A stretch of 42,466 nt of DNA, taken from Gemmatimonadales bacterium (GTDB lineage Bacteria > Gemmatimonadota > Gemmatimonadetes > Gemmatimonadales > GWC2-71-9). The notes below the pieces were generated by a model, which ran no database searches, was not told the origin of the DNA, and saw only the letters and a list, made by a program, of their open reading frames with translations. Both the position numbers and the translations under genes were made by a program. Numbering within the stretch: the stretch's first letter is position 1; every line of letters starts with the position of its first letter. The DNA is taken from contig JBOHSP010000161.1 of the NCBI GenBank assembly GCA_050733275.1, positions 1 to 42,466 of the forward strand. The letters are read 5' to 3'. Below, piece after piece: positions 6,387-15,871 of this stretch.

Positions 6387-9300
6387 CTTCCGTACGCCTC
6401 GCCGACGATGCGATCCTGCTCGCGCTTGTGCGCGGCCGGGTAGCCTTCGGCGGGGCTCGAGCGCTCGGGCCGCGACACGTCGCTCAAGGCGACCGTCTCC
6501 GGCAGCACGTCGCGCAGTTTCGGCAGCACGAACTTGCGGGCTCCCATGTTGCGCGGCTCCTCCTGCGCCCAGACGACTTCCCGCAGGCCGGGGTAGCGGC
6601 GGGCGTACTCGCCGATCTCGGCCGCGGGGAAGGGATAGAGTAGCTCGACCCGGCCGATCGCCACGTGCGGCGTCTCGGCGCGCCGCGGCGACGCCGCGAT
6701 GTCGTAGTACACCTTGCCGCTGCACAGGATGAGGCGCGTGATCCCCTCCGGCTCGCGCCGCTCGCGGTCCCACAGCACGGTGCGGAACCGGCTGTCCGTG
6801 AGGTCGGCCGTCGCCGATGCCGCCGCCGGCAGGCGCAGCAGGCTCTTGGGCGTCATGACGACGAGCGGCCGGATCTCGCGGTGCCGTGCCTGGCGGCGCA
6901 GCAGGTGGAAGTACTGCGCGGGCGTGGTGCAGTTGGCGACGCGGATGTTGCCGTCGGCGCCGAGGGCGAGGAAGCGCTCCAGCCTGGCGCTGGAGTGCTC
7001 CGGGCCCTGGCCTTCGTAGCCGTGCGGCAGAAGCAACGTGAGCCGTGACGTCTCGCCCCATTTCGCCAGCCCCGCGATGAGGAACTGATCGATCACGACC
7101 TCGGCGCCGTTCGCGAAATCGCCGAACTGCGCCTCCCACAGGACGAGCGCGTCGGGGGCTTCCACGGCGTAGCCGTATTCGAAGCCGAGGCAGCCAAACT
7201 CCGACAGCGGGCTGTTGTACAGCTCGAAGGGCGCGCGCGCATCCGCGAGGTGCTGAATCGGCGTGTGGCGCTGCCCCGTCTTCACGTCGTGCAGCACGAG
7301 GTGTCGCTGACTGAACGTGCCACGCTCGGTGTCCTGGCCGGTGAGACGGATCGGCGTCGCTTCGGTGAGCAGCGTCGCGAACGCGAGCGCTTCGGCGTGC
7401 GCCCAGTCGATCGGCGCGTCCGGTTCGCCGCGCCGCTCGAGTTGCTTCAGCAGCTTGGGATGGACCGCGAAGCCCTCGGGAACAGCCAGCAGCTCGCTGT
7501 TGAGCCGGGCGATCACGTCCGCCGGCACGGCGGTCTCGGGCTCGGGCGGCGGCGCCGCGTCCTTGCGGATGCGCTGCGGCTCCTCGGCCCGCTGGTTGGC
7601 CTTCACCGCCTGCTGGATCTCGGCGAACCGCTGGTAGGCGGCCTCGGCATCCGCCTGCGCGCGCGCGGCGTCGATCACGCCGGCGGCCGCGAGCTGCTCC
7701 GCGTATTTCGCCCGCACCGTCGGCGTCTGGCGGATGCGCTCGTACATCCGGGGCTGGGTATAGGCGGGCTCGTCGGCCTCGTTGTGCCCCCAGCGGCGGT
7801 ACCCGACCAGGTCGATCACCGCGTCGCCGCGAAACTTCTGCCGGTACATCATCGCCAGCCGCACCGCGGCGAGACACGCCTCCGGATCGTCGGCATTGAC
7901 GTGGACGATCGGCACGTCGAATCCCTTGGCGAGGTCGCTGGAGTAGTCGGTCGAGCGGCCGTCCCGCGGGTCGGTGGTGAAACCGATCTGGTTGTTCAGG
8001 ATCAGATGGATCGTGCCGCCGGTCGAGTAGCCGCGCAGCCGCGCGAGATTGAACGTCTCGGCCACGACGCCCTGGCCGGCGAACGACGCGTCGCCGTGCA
8101 ACAGGACGGGCAGCGCGATCGTGGGATCGTGCGTCGCCTGCGCGCCGTCCCGGATCGTCTGGTCGGCGCGGGCGCGCCCCTGAACGACCGGATTCACCGA
8201 CTCGAGGTGGCTCGGATTGGACGCCAGCGTGACGGCCACGTCCGTGCCGTCGGCCGTGCGGTAGGTGCCCTCGGCGCCGTGGTGATATTTCACGTCGCCC
8301 GTGCCCGCCGTGCCGCCTTCGGTCTCCGGGGTCGCCTCGCGCTGGCCGCCTTCGAATTCTCCGAAGATGGTCTCGTAGGGCACGTTGACGGCGTGGGCAA
8401 GGACGTTGAGGCGCCCGCGGTGCGCCATGCCGATCGTGACCGTGCGGGCCCCGGCGGCCCCGGCCAGCTCGATGATGAGGTCGACCATGGGGACGGTCAG
8501 GTCGAGGCCTTCGATCGAGAACCGCTTCTGGCCGAGGTAGGCCTTGTGCAGGAAGCGCTCGAGCGCCTCCACGGCCGTGAGCCGCGCGAGCAGCTCGCGC
8601 TGTTCGTCGGCCGAGAGCGGCCGGCGGTGCTCGCCCGATTCGATCACGCGCCGCAGCCACACGCGCTCTTCGTGGCTGCCGATGTGCTCGACCTCGTAGG
8701 CCATCGTGCCGCAGTAGGTGGCGCGCAGCGGCGGGAGGGCTTCGGCGAGCGTCGTCCCCGGCACGTAGATGCGCAGCACGTCCGCCGGAATGCGGGCCAT
8801 GATCTCCGGCGTGAGGCCGAGGGGCCCGGGATCGAGCGCGGGATCACCCGGCGGATCGCTGCCCAGCGGGTCGAGCCGGGCGGCGAGGTGGCCGAAATTC
8901 CGGAAGGCGCGGACGAGACCCATTGCCGCCGCTACATGCTTCAAATCGGGGCTGGGGGCTCGGGCCTGGGGCCTGGGGAGGGCAGTGTCCGGCGAGCCTC
9001 CCGGGCCCCAGGCCCCGGGCCCCAGCCCCAGACTCTCCGCCACCCCCTCGTAAAACCGCTCCTCTCCCTGCAAGAGGGAATCGAGTTGGCGAAGGAACAT
9101 CCCCGACTCCGCGCCCTGGATGATGCGGTGGTCGTACGTGCTCGTGATGGTCATGATCTTCGCGCCCGCGATGTCGCGGATCGCTCCGGTCGCGATGATC
9201 GAGCCCTGGCCCTGCATCAGGCGGGGCACGGAGGCCACCGTGCCGATGGTGCCGGGATTGGTGAGCTGCATCGTGCCGCCGGCGAAATCGTCGGGCAGGA

Positions 9301-9976
9301 TCTTGTTGGTCCGCGCCTTTGCGACCAGCGCCTCGTAGGCCGCGTGGAACGCCGCGAAATCCATCTGCTCGGCGTGCTTGATGACCGGCACGACGAGCGC
9401 GCGGCTGCCGTCCTTTTTTCCGACGTCCACGGCGAGCCCGAGCCCCACGCCGTGCGGATCGGCGCGGTGCGGCTTGCCCTCGATGTCCTGGAACGTGTGC
9501 GTCATCACCGGGAACCGCTGCGCCGCCTGCACGATCGCGTACCCGATGAGGTGAGTGAACGAGACTTTCTTGCCGCTCGCCGCGAGCTGGGCGTTGAGCG
9601 CCTTGCGCCGGGCGTCGAGGATGTCGACCGGCACGTCGCGGAACGAGGTCGCCGTGGGCACGGTCAGCGACGCGGTCATGTTGTGGACCAGCCGGGCGGC
9701 CGGACCGGTGATCGGAGAAGCGTCCGCGGTGAGCGGGGCGCGGTGCGCGGGCGGTTCTGCCGCAGGGACGGGTGTGGTTTCCCGCGCCCCGCTTACCGCG
9801 GACGGCGCACCCTCCAGCTCCATTCGATCCGTCGGAATGACCGGCAGCTCCGCGAGCCTCCCGTTATCGAAGAGCTGCCGCCACTCTTCGCCGACCGACG
9901 CCGGGTCATTGAGGTACTGCTCGTACATGACCTGGACGAACGCGGCATTGTGGGTGCCGAAGACGAACTCGCTCAC
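6383..9976 (-). CDS. sucA: 2-oxoglutarate dehydrogenase E1 component fused to an N-terminal E2-like acyltransferase domain (Kgd/OdhA-type)
   Basis: 1197 aa. N-terminus 'FVQVMYEQYLNDPASVGEEWRQLF'. Acyltransferase catalytic motif 'STYDHRIIQGAESG'. E1 motifs 'MAHRGRLNVL', 'GDVKYHHG', 'LLHGDASFAGQGVV', 'GHNEADEPAYTQP', 'LLLPHGYEGQGPEHSSAR'. Confidence 0.9.
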   Translation of the reverse strand: MSEFVFGTHNAAFVQVMYEQYLNDPASVGEEWRQLFDNGRLAELPVIPTDRMELEGAPSAVSGARETTPVPAAEPPAHRAPLTADASPITGPAARLVHNMTASLTVPTATSFRDVPVDILDARRKALNAQLAASGKKVSFTHLIGYAIVQAAQRFPVMTHTFQDIEGKPHRADPHGVGLGLAVDVGKKDGSRALVVPVIKHAEQMDFAAFHAAYEALVAKARTNKILPDDFAGGTMQLTNPGTIGTVASVPRLMQGQGSIIATGAIRDIAGAKIMTITSTYDHRIIQGAESGMFLRQLDSLLQGEERFYEGVAESLGLGPGAWGPGGSPDTALPRPQARAPSPDLKHVAAAMGLVRAFRNFGHLAARLDPLGSDPPGDPALDPGPLGLTPEIMARIPADVLRIYVPGTTLAEALPPLRATYCGTMAYEVEHIGSHEERVWLRRVIESGEHRRPLSADEQRELLARLTAVEALERFLHKAYLGQKRFSIEGLDLTVPMVDLIIELAGAAGARTVTIGMAHRGRLNVLAHAVNVPYETIFGEFEGGQREATPETEGGTAGTGDVKYHHGAEGTYRTADGTDVAVTLASNPSHLESVNPVVQGRARADQTIRDGAQATHDPTIALPVLLHGDASFAGQGVVAETFNLARLRGYSTGGTIHLILNNQIGFTTDPRDGRSTDYSSDLAKGFDVPIVHVNADDPEACLAAVRLAMMYRQKFRGDAVIDLVGYRRWGHNEADEPAYTQPRMYERIRQTPTVRAKYAEQLAAAGVIDAARAQADAEAAYQRFAEIQQAVKANQRAEEPQRIRKDAAPPPEPETAVPADVIARLNSELLAVPEGFAVHPKLLKQLERRGEPDAPIDWAHAEALAFATLLTEATPIRLTGQDTERGTFSQRHLVLHDVKTGQRHTPIQHLADARAPFELYNSPLSEFGCLGFEYGYAVEAPDALVLWEAQFGDFANGAEVVIDQFLIAGLAKWGETSRLTLLLPHGYEGQGPEHSSARLERFLALGADGNIRVANCTTPAQYFHLLRRQARHREIRPLVVMTPKSLLRLPAAASATADLTDSRFRTVLWDRERREPEGITRLILCSGKVYYDIAASPRRAETPHVAIGRVELLYPFPAAEIGEYARRYPGLREVVWAQEEPRNMGARKFVLPKLRDVLPETVALSDVSRPERSSPAEGYPAAHKREQDRIVGEAYGR
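8948..9031. repeat. GC-rich palindrome with heptamer-built arms, in frame inside kgd (linker between the E2-like and E1 domains)
   Basis: Left arm CTGGGGG CTCGGGC CTGGGGC CTGGGGA (8952-8979). Right arm reverse-complement CTGGGGC CCGGGGC CTGGGGC CCGGGAG (8998-9031). Translated as 'GLGPGAWGPGGSPDTALPRPQARAPSP'. Confidence 0.7.
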
Positions 9977-9983
9977 AATCTGG

Positions 9984-10000
9984 AATCTAAGGGGTATCTT
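9984..10000. promoter_or_regulatory. Back-to-back -10-like hexamers in the 32-nt spacer between kgd and the sulfatase gene (putative leaderless starts)
   Basis: TAGATT (9989-9984, -) lies 7 nt before GTG 9976. TATCTT (9995-10000, +) lies 8 nt before ATG 10009, with CTCACA 17 nt upstream (9972-9977). Confidence 0.35.
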
Positions 10001-10008
10001 CCCGCTGC

Positions 10009-11469
10009 ATGAACCTGCTCACATTGCTGGCCCTGAGCCTTCTGGTCCAGGCGCCCGCCACGCCGCCCCGCAACGTCGTGCTCCTGCTCAGCGACGACCA
10101 TCGCTCCGACTTCATGGGCTTCATGCCGGGGGCGCCGCCGTGGCTCGAGACCCCCGCGCTCGACCGGATGGCGGCGGGCGGCGCCCACATCGTCAACGCC
10201 TTCGTCACGACCGCGCTGTGCTCGCCCAGCCGTGCCTCGATCCTCACCGGCCAGTACGCGCACCGCAACGGTGTGGTGGACAACACCAGCGCCATCCCCC
10301 CGGGAACGCGCTTCTTCCCCGAATTGTTGCAGCAGGCCGGCTATCGCACGGCGTATATCGGCAAGTGGCACATGGGGGAGAGCGCCGAGAGCGACGCGCC
10401 GCGTCCCGGCTTCGACTACTGGGTCAGTTTTCCCGGGCAGGGGGTGTACGTCGATCCCCAGCTCAACGTGAACGGCGAGCGGGTCAAGCGGCAGGGCTAC
10501 ACCACCGACATCCTCACCGACTACGCCCTGGAGTGGCTGCGCGATCAGGCACGGTCCCGCGACCCCGGGGTGCCGCCCGGGGTCGGAAAGCCTTTCCTGC
10601 TGGTGCTCTCCAGTAAGGCTGTCCATGCGGAGTTCATCCCGGCCCCGCGGCACGCGGGGCGGTATGCCGACGCGCCGATTCCGTATCCCCCCACCATGGC
10701 CAACACGGCAGCGAACTATCGCGGCAAGCCCGACTGGGTGCGGGCGCAGCGCAACAGCTGGCACGGCGTGGACTTCATGTACCACGGCGCGATGCAGTTC
10801 GACGATTTCTACCGGCGCTATGCGGAGACGCTGCTCGCGCTCGATGAAAGCGTGGGCCGCGTGCTCGACGTGCTCGATTCGACTGGGCTCGCCCGTTCGA
10901 CGCTGGTGCTCTACATGGGAGACAACGGCTTCCTGCTGGGCGAGCACGGGCTGATCGACAAGCGCAATGCCTACGAGGAGTCGATCCGCATTCCGATGCT
11001 GGCCTACGCGCCGGGCTGGATCGCGCCGGGGACCCGCGTGGAGTCGATGGTGCGCAACATCGACATCGCGCCCACGGTGCTCGATCTCGCGGGCGCGCGC
11101 GCGCCGTGGACGGTGGACGGGCGCTCGGTGCTCGGCGCGCTGCGCGGCGGCGCCGGGGACACGCTCACGGGTGAGCTGCTGTACGAGTACTACTGGGAGT
11201 ACGCCTTCCCGCACACACCCACGACGCTCGCGCTGCGCGGCGACCGCTTCAAGTACATCCTGTACCACGGCGTGTGGGACACACGCGAGCTGTACGACCT
11301 CGTGGCGGACCCCGAGGAGCGGGTCAACCTGATCGACGATCCGGCGCACCAGGACACGGTGCGGGCGCTGCACGACCGGTTGTGGAAGCGGTTGATCGCG
11401 ACGGACGGCATGCGGATTCCGTTGCGGCGCGGGGACTGGCAGGCCGCGGAGCGGGGACCGGCGCGGTGA
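10009..11469 (+). CDS. Sulfatase (formylglycine-dependent arylsulfatase family), secreted
   Basis: 486 aa. Signal peptide. 'VVLLLSDDH' and the 'ALCSPSRASILTGQYAHRNG' C-x-P-x-R motif. 'GKWHMG'. 'YMGDNGF'. Confidence 0.9.
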   Translation: MNLLTLLALSLLVQAPATPPRNVVLLLSDDHRSDFMGFMPGAPPWLETPALDRMAAGGAHIVNAFVTTALCSPSRASILTGQYAHRNGVVDNTSAIPPGTRFFPELLQQAGYRTAYIGKWHMGESAESDAPRPGFDYWVSFPGQGVYVDPQLNVNGERVKRQGYTTDILTDYALEWLRDQARSRDPGVPPGVGKPFLLVLSSKAVHAEFIPAPRHAGRYADAPIPYPPTMANTAANYRGKPDWVRAQRNSWHGVDFMYHGAMQFDDFYRRYAETLLALDESVGRVLDVLDSTGLARSTLVLYMGDNGFLLGEHGLIDKRNAYEESIRIPMLAYAPGWIAPGTRVESMVRNIDIAPTVLDLAGARAPWTVDGRSVLGALRGGAGDTLTGELLYEYYWEYAFPHTPTTLALRGDRFKYILYHGVWDTRELYDLVADPEERVNLIDDPAHQDTVRALHDRLWKRLIATDGMRIPLRRGDWQAAERGPAR

Positions 11470-12338
11470 CGCCGCTCGCGCTGTCGCTCCTCGTCTTGCT
11501 CGGCCAGGCCCCCGATACCGGCTTGCGCGGCCGCATCGAGGCGCGGATCGCGGCGGCGCCGGCGCGGACGGTCGGGGTGTACTACCGCGACCTCACCACG
11601 GGCGACTCGCTGGCGCTGGGCGCGGGGCTGCGGTTGCACGCGGCCAGCACCATGAAGATCCCGGTGATGATCCAGCTGTTCCGCGACCGCGACGCCGACC
11701 TGCTGTCCCTCGACGACTCGATCACGGTGACGAACACGTTTCGCTCGATCGTGGACAGCTCACCCTATCGGCTCGATCCCGCCGACGATTCGGATTCCAC
11801 CCTGTACGCCCGCATCGGGGAGCGCGTCGCGATCCGCGACCTGATCGAGCTGATGGAGACAGTCTCCAGCAATCTCGCCACCAATCTGCTGATCGCGCGC
11901 GTGGATGCGCGCCGGGCCAATGCGACGGCGCGCGCGCTGGGCGCCGATTCGATTCTGGTGCTGCGCGGCGTGGAGGACGGCAAGGCCTATCGGGCGGGGC
12001 TCAACAACACGACGACCGCGCGCGATCTGGGTGTGCTGCTCGCCGCGATCGCGCGGGGCCGCGCCGCGACGCCGGCGTCATCCCGGGACATGCTGGCGAT
12101 CCTCGGACGCCAGCACTTCAATGAGGGGATCCCGGCGGGGCTGCCGGCGGGCATGCGCGTCTATCACAAGACGGGCTGGGTGGGCGGCCTGGTGTATCAC
12201 GACGCCGCGATCGTCGAGCGGCCCGCCGGCTCGCGCTACGTGCTCGTCGTGCTCACGGGTGGGATCGAGCAGAACGCGGATGCCTACGCGCTGGTGCGGG
12301 ATATTTCGCGAATGATCTACGAGGCGACGGCGCGCTGA
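11466..12338 (+). CDS. Class-A beta-lactamase-fold serine hydrolase, secreted
   Basis: GTG 11466 overlaps the sulfatase stop (GTGA). Signal-like 'VTPLALSLLVLLGQA'. S-x-x-K 'ASTMK', S-x-N 'SSN', 'HKTGW' (KTG). Confidence 0.8.
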   Translation: MTPLALSLLVLLGQAPDTGLRGRIEARIAAAPARTVGVYYRDLTTGDSLALGAGLRLHAASTMKIPVMIQLFRDRDADLLSLDDSITVTNTFRSIVDSSPYRLDPADDSDSTLYARIGERVAIRDLIELMETVSSNLATNLLIARVDARRANATARALGADSILVLRGVEDGKAYRAGLNNTTTARDLGVLLAAIARGRAATPASSRDMLAILGRQHFNEGIPAGLPAGMRVYHKTGWVGGLVYHDAAIVERPAGSRYVLVVLTGGIEQNADAYALVRDISRMIYEATAR

Positions 12339-12350
12339 GCGCCGTCAGCC

Positions 12351-13649
12351 TCAGCTCACCCGGCGGGTCTTTCTCCGCATGAAGTCCATCAGGATGAACT
12401 GCCCCAGCGTCATCGTATTCGTGAAATAGGCCTTGCCGCGGCAGATCGCCGACACCTTCTTCACGAACTCGACCAGGCTGCGGTCGCGGGCGAGCATGAA
12501 GGTGTTGATCAGGATGCCGCTGCGGCGGCACAGCGCGACCTCGCGGTAGGTCGCCTGCAGGATCTGGGGGTCGAGGCCCATCGAGTTCACGTAGATCCGC
12601 CCGTCGGGCTGCGTCAGGGCCGACGGCTTGCCGTCGGTGATCATGATGACCTGGCGCATGTCCTTGCGCTGGCCCAGCAGGATGCGCCGCGCGAGCTTCA
12701 GCCCCTCCGCCGTATTGGTGTGATACGGTCCCACCTGCGCGTGCGCCAGCTGCGCCAGCGGGATCTCTTCCGCCGTGTCATGAAACAAGACCACACGCAG
12801 CGTGTCGCCGGGGAACTGCGTGCGGATCAAGTGCGTCAGCGCCAGCGCCACCTTTTTCGCCGGCGTAAAGCGGTCCTCGCCATAGAGAATCATCGAGTGC
12901 GAGCAGTCGAGCATCAGCACCGTCGCCGACGACGAGCGATACTCCGCCTGGTGCACCATCAGGTCGTCGTAGTCGAGGTTGATGGGCACGCCCAGTCCCT
13001 CGCGCTGCAGCGCGTGCGACAGCGTCGCGTTCACGTCGAGGTTCAGCGTGTCGCCGTACTCGTAGTGCTTGCTCGCCGCCTCCGCCTCGATGCCGGTGGC
13101 GAGGTGCTCGGTCTCGTGCGCCCCGAAGCTCGATTTGCCGATGCTGCCCAGCAGGTGCTTGAGGGTGCGGTAGCCGAGGAAGTCGATTCCCTTGTCGGTC
13201 AGATTGAACTGGACCTGTTGCGCCGCTTCGCGGGCCATGCCGCCGGGGCCGAGCAGCGGCTGCTGGGCGCCGGGCATCTTGGGCGCCTGCTGGAGATTGA
13301 GATAGCCCTCCTCGATCAGCTTCTGCACGATCCGGTCGAGCAGCTCGGCGAGCTGCTGCTGGATCTGCGCGTCGCGCTGCGGGTCGCCGGTCGACTCGCC
13401 GCGCAGCACCGTGAGCATCTCGGGCGTGAGCTGGCCGGAGTCCATCAGCGCCTGCACGATCGCCTGGCGCAGCGCGTCGAGCGAGCGGTCGGGATCGTCG
13501 TCGCCGAATTCGCCCCAGAAGGGATGGGAGTACGGGCCCCCCGCGAATCCCGACTGCAGCAGGAAATCGGCGAGCTGGTCGAGCAGCGCCTGGAGGTTCA
13601 GCGTCTCGAGCAGGCCCGCGACGTAGCGGCTGTAGGTGGTGTAGCGCAT
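12351..13649 (-). CDS. VWA domain-containing protein (CoxE-like; usual partner of ChlI/MoxR-type AAA+ ATPases)
   Basis: 432 aa. MIDAS '[10 protein letters not shown]', '[11 protein letters not shown]'. 'MRYTTYSRY...' N-terminus. Confidence 0.8.
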   Translation of the reverse strand: MRYTTYSRYVAGLLETLNLQALLDQLADFLLQSGFAGGPYSHPFWGEFGDDDPDRSLDALRQAIVQALMDSGQLTPEMLTVLRGESTGDPQRDAQIQQQLAELLDRIVQKLIEEGYLNLQQAPKMPGAQQPLLGPGGMAREAAQQVQFNLTDKGIDFLGYRTLKHLLGSIGKSSFGAHETEHLATGIEAEAASKHYEYGDTLNLDVNATLSHALQREGLGVPINLDYDDLMVHQAEYRSSSATVLMLDCSHSMILYGEDRFTPAKKVALALTHLIRTQFPGDTLRVVLFHDTAEEIPLAQLAHAQVGPYHTNTAEGLKLARRILLGQRKDMRQVIMITDGKPSALTQPDGRIYVNSMGLDPQILQATYREVALCRRSGILINTFMLARDRSLVEFVKKVSAICRGKAYFTNTMTLGQFILMDFMRRKTRRVS

Positions 13650-13675
13650 CTCCCTCTAATCTAGCACCACTGGCT

Positions 13676-14320
13676 TCAGGGCACCGTCACGACGTAGGCG
13701 TCGGTGTCACGGCGCACTCGAACGGTGGTGAAATCGGGGATGATGGCTTCGGCTCCGGTGAAGTCCGCGTCCGGCTGCGTCGTGCGCAGTGCGACGACCG
13801 GCGCCCCTGCCGCTCGGGCCGCCGCGATCCCGGGCGGGGCGTCCTCGAACACCAGACACTCTGCCGCGTTGCGCCCCAGCCGCCGCGCCCCGAGCTGGTA
13901 GCCGTCCGGAGCCGGCTTGCCGTGCGACACGTGCTCGCTCGTCACCACGATGGCGGGGATCGGCAGCCCGACGGAGCTCAGTCGCAGCCGTGCCAGTGCC
14001 TGTCCACACGACGTGACGACGGCCCAGCAACCCGGCTCGAGCCTCGCAACGAACTGGCGCACGCCGGGCACTTCACAGAGGCCATCGACGTCCGCCAGCT
14101 CGGCGGCGTCGAGCCAGGCGACCTCGCGCTCGAGATCCAGATGGGGAGCCACGGACCGCACCGTGTCGCGGGTGCGGCGGCCATGCGCGATGCGGAGGAC
14201 TGTGTCCGGATCGAGGCTGTGGCGGAGGGCCCAACGCCGGCACGTACGCTCGACGACCACGCGCGAATCGACGAGCACGCCGTCGAGGTCCAACAGAATG
14301 GCCGAACAGCGGAGTTCCAT
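13676..14320 (-). CDS. HAD-superfamily hydrolase, subfamily IA (phosphatase / beta-phosphoglucomutase-like)
   Basis: 214 aa from ATG 14320. Motif I 'LLDLDGVLVDS', 'VVTS', 'GKPAPDGY', 'VFEDAPPGIAAARAAG'. Confidence 0.85.
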   Translation of the reverse strand: MELRCSAILLDLDGVLVDSRVVVERTCRRWALRHSLDPDTVLRIAHGRRTRDTVRSVAPHLDLEREVAWLDAAELADVDGLCEVPGVRQFVARLEPGCWAVVTSCGQALARLRLSSVGLPIPAIVVTSEHVSHGKPAPDGYQLGARRLGRNAAECLVFEDAPPGIAAARAAGAPVVALRTTQPDADFTGAEAIIPDFTTVRVRRDTDAYVVTVP

Positions 14321-14363
14321 TCGGCCATAATGTGGTGCAGTGCCCGAATCCGTGCGTTGTCCG

Positions 14364-14437
14364 CACCCTGAAGGGTGGGCTCGGGAAGGCACTGCCCTTT
14401 CAGGACAGCGCGTGCCGAGCCCACCCTTTAGGGTGGG
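14364..14437. repeat. Inverted 21-nt repeat with nested tetraloop hairpins (mutually exclusive pairings) between the hydrolase stop and the HAD start
   Basis: caccctgaagggtgggctcgg (14364-14384) versus ccgagcccaccctttagggtg (14415-14435), one mismatch. gggtgggctcgg/ccgagcccaccc form a 12-bp stem that competes with caccc-tgaa-gggtg and cccaccc-ttta-gggtggg. Confidence 0.7.
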
Positions 14438-14445
14438 AACCGCGC

Positions 14446-15762
14446 TCACCGGTGCATCACCACCGGATCGGCTCCATGCTCCCGCGCGAGGCGCAGGAAC
14501 TCCGCCTGGGCTCGCTGCCGCGGTAGTACCTGGTTCGAGACCAGCAGATTGTACCCGGTCACCTGGAGCACCAGCACCGAGAACGCCGCCAGGATCTCGG
14601 CGTCGGTGAAGTTGCAGTGGCCGTACCGACTGATGGTGAACGGCGTATGCAGGAACCGTTCGAAGAACGACAGCCGGCTGCGGTAGAGCGACTGGTGCCA
14701 GATCGGGACGATCGGGTCACCGGTCGTGTGGATCGTGACGAGCGGGCGCCGAGGGTCGGCGGCGGTCTGCAGCGTGGCGGCCAGCGTTGGGTCGGCCGTG
14801 ACCTGGAAGCGCGCCACGCCCGCGTTCAGCGCGGCGTCGTCGAGCGAGCCGGTGTACTGGCGACCGACGTTGCCGAACGGCATCCCGCCGAGCTTGGTAA
14901 TCGCGTCATTCGTGCCGCGGAAGCTGTACCAGAGTAGTCCCAGCGCGGTCTCCTTGATCGTCGCGGGATTCGCCGGGTCGGTCGGCGCGCGGGTCACGCT
15001 CAGCACCTGGCTGATCCGCGAGCCGTTCGCCGGATCGTCCAGCGCCGCTGCGCTGCTCTGCTCGGCGGCGTGCCACGCATTCGGATCGATGAATCCAGGA
15101 TCCTCCGGCAGGCTCTGCCGCCACACGGGCCAGTCCGCGATCATGGGCGCAAAGAAGTGGTCGAACGTCACGCGGAAGTCAGCGACGTAGGCGATCTGCC
15201 GCCGGTAGTCGCCGATGGGGCCGCACGCCGCCAGCCCGCCGCTGAAGGTCCCGGGATACCGCTCGACGGCCATCACCGTGCCCAGCCCACCCTGAGATCC
15301 GCCCGTCTGGTAGACGAACCGGCTGCCGCGCCCCGTCGTATTCGTGAGCAGCGTCTTGGCCGTCCCCACGAGCTCGAGCAGGTCGCCTCCGATCCAGGTG
15401 TCGCGCTGGATGAGGCCGGTGCCGCGAAAGCTGGTGGTCGCGAACGCGTAGCCCAGCTCGCTGAACAGCCAGACCGCGTCTGATTCGCCGAAGACTTCGG
15501 GCAGCTTCGGGGCACTGGCGGGGTCGTGGTACCCCGGGATGAAGACGACGACGTCGCCGTTCCACCGGTCGGGATGCACGCAGACCTGGTACAGCGCACC
15601 GGAGCTCAGCGTGGCGTCGGGCTCCGTGCAGAACAGGCCGTTCGGTTGCTGGACGAGCGTCGCGCGCGGCGCCTGCGGCTCGGACGTGAGCGGCGCATCC
15701 GAGCATCCGCTCAACGCGAGGAGCAGGCACGCGGTGCACGCGAATGCGAGAATCCGTTTCAT
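14446..15762 (-). CDS. Lipoprotein, putative alpha/beta hydrolase
   Basis: 438 aa. Lipobox 'LALSGC'. Nucleophile-elbow-like 'GGSQGG'. SD GAAGGAG 6 nt upstream. Family not recognised. Confidence 0.6.
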   Translation of the reverse strand: MKRILAFACTACLLLALSGCSDAPLTSEPQAPRATLVQQPNGLFCTEPDATLSSGALYQVCVHPDRWNGDVVVFIPGYHDPASAPKLPEVFGESDAVWLFSELGYAFATTSFRGTGLIQRDTWIGGDLLELVGTAKTLLTNTTGRGSRFVYQTGGSQGGLGTVMAVERYPGTFSGGLAACGPIGDYRRQIAYVADFRVTFDHFFAPMIADWPVWRQSLPEDPGFIDPNAWHAAEQSSAAALDDPANGSRISQVLSVTRAPTDPANPATIKETALGLLWYSFRGTNDAITKLGGMPFGNVGRQYTGSLDDAALNAGVARFQVTADPTLAATLQTAADPRRPLVTIHTTGDPIVPIWHQSLYRSRLSFFERFLHTPFTISRYGHCNFTDAEILAAFSVLVLQVTGYNLLVSNQVLPRQRAQAEFLRLAREHGADPVVMHR

Positions 15763-15871
15763 GACGGGCTCCTTCGGTGGCCGACGACGTTATACCGCGC
15801 GGTCCGCCCCGGGTTCGTGCGCCGGGTGTTGCATCGCTGCAGCACCGGGCCGATTACCTTACTCCCCTGCC

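Noticed and set aside
5919-8660. 913-aa ORF on the - strand
   Set aside because: Only the last 155 codons (the PEBP protein, from GTG 6386) look real. The upstream part is an alternative frame of kgd with Arg/Pro/Gly-rich nonsense.
7250-10012. 920-aa ORF on the + strand
   Set aside because: It is antisense to the well-supported kgd gene. The translation is Arg/Gly/Ala/Val-rich with no recognisable motif. This is a typical shadow ORF of GC-rich DNA.
13650-13657. GAGGGAG directly upstream of the VWA gene as its Shine-Dalgarno
   Set aside because: It abuts the ATG with essentially zero spacing, too close for a canonical SD. A TAGATT hexamer 8 nt upstream fits the leaderless-type pattern seen elsewhere. 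Left unresolved.
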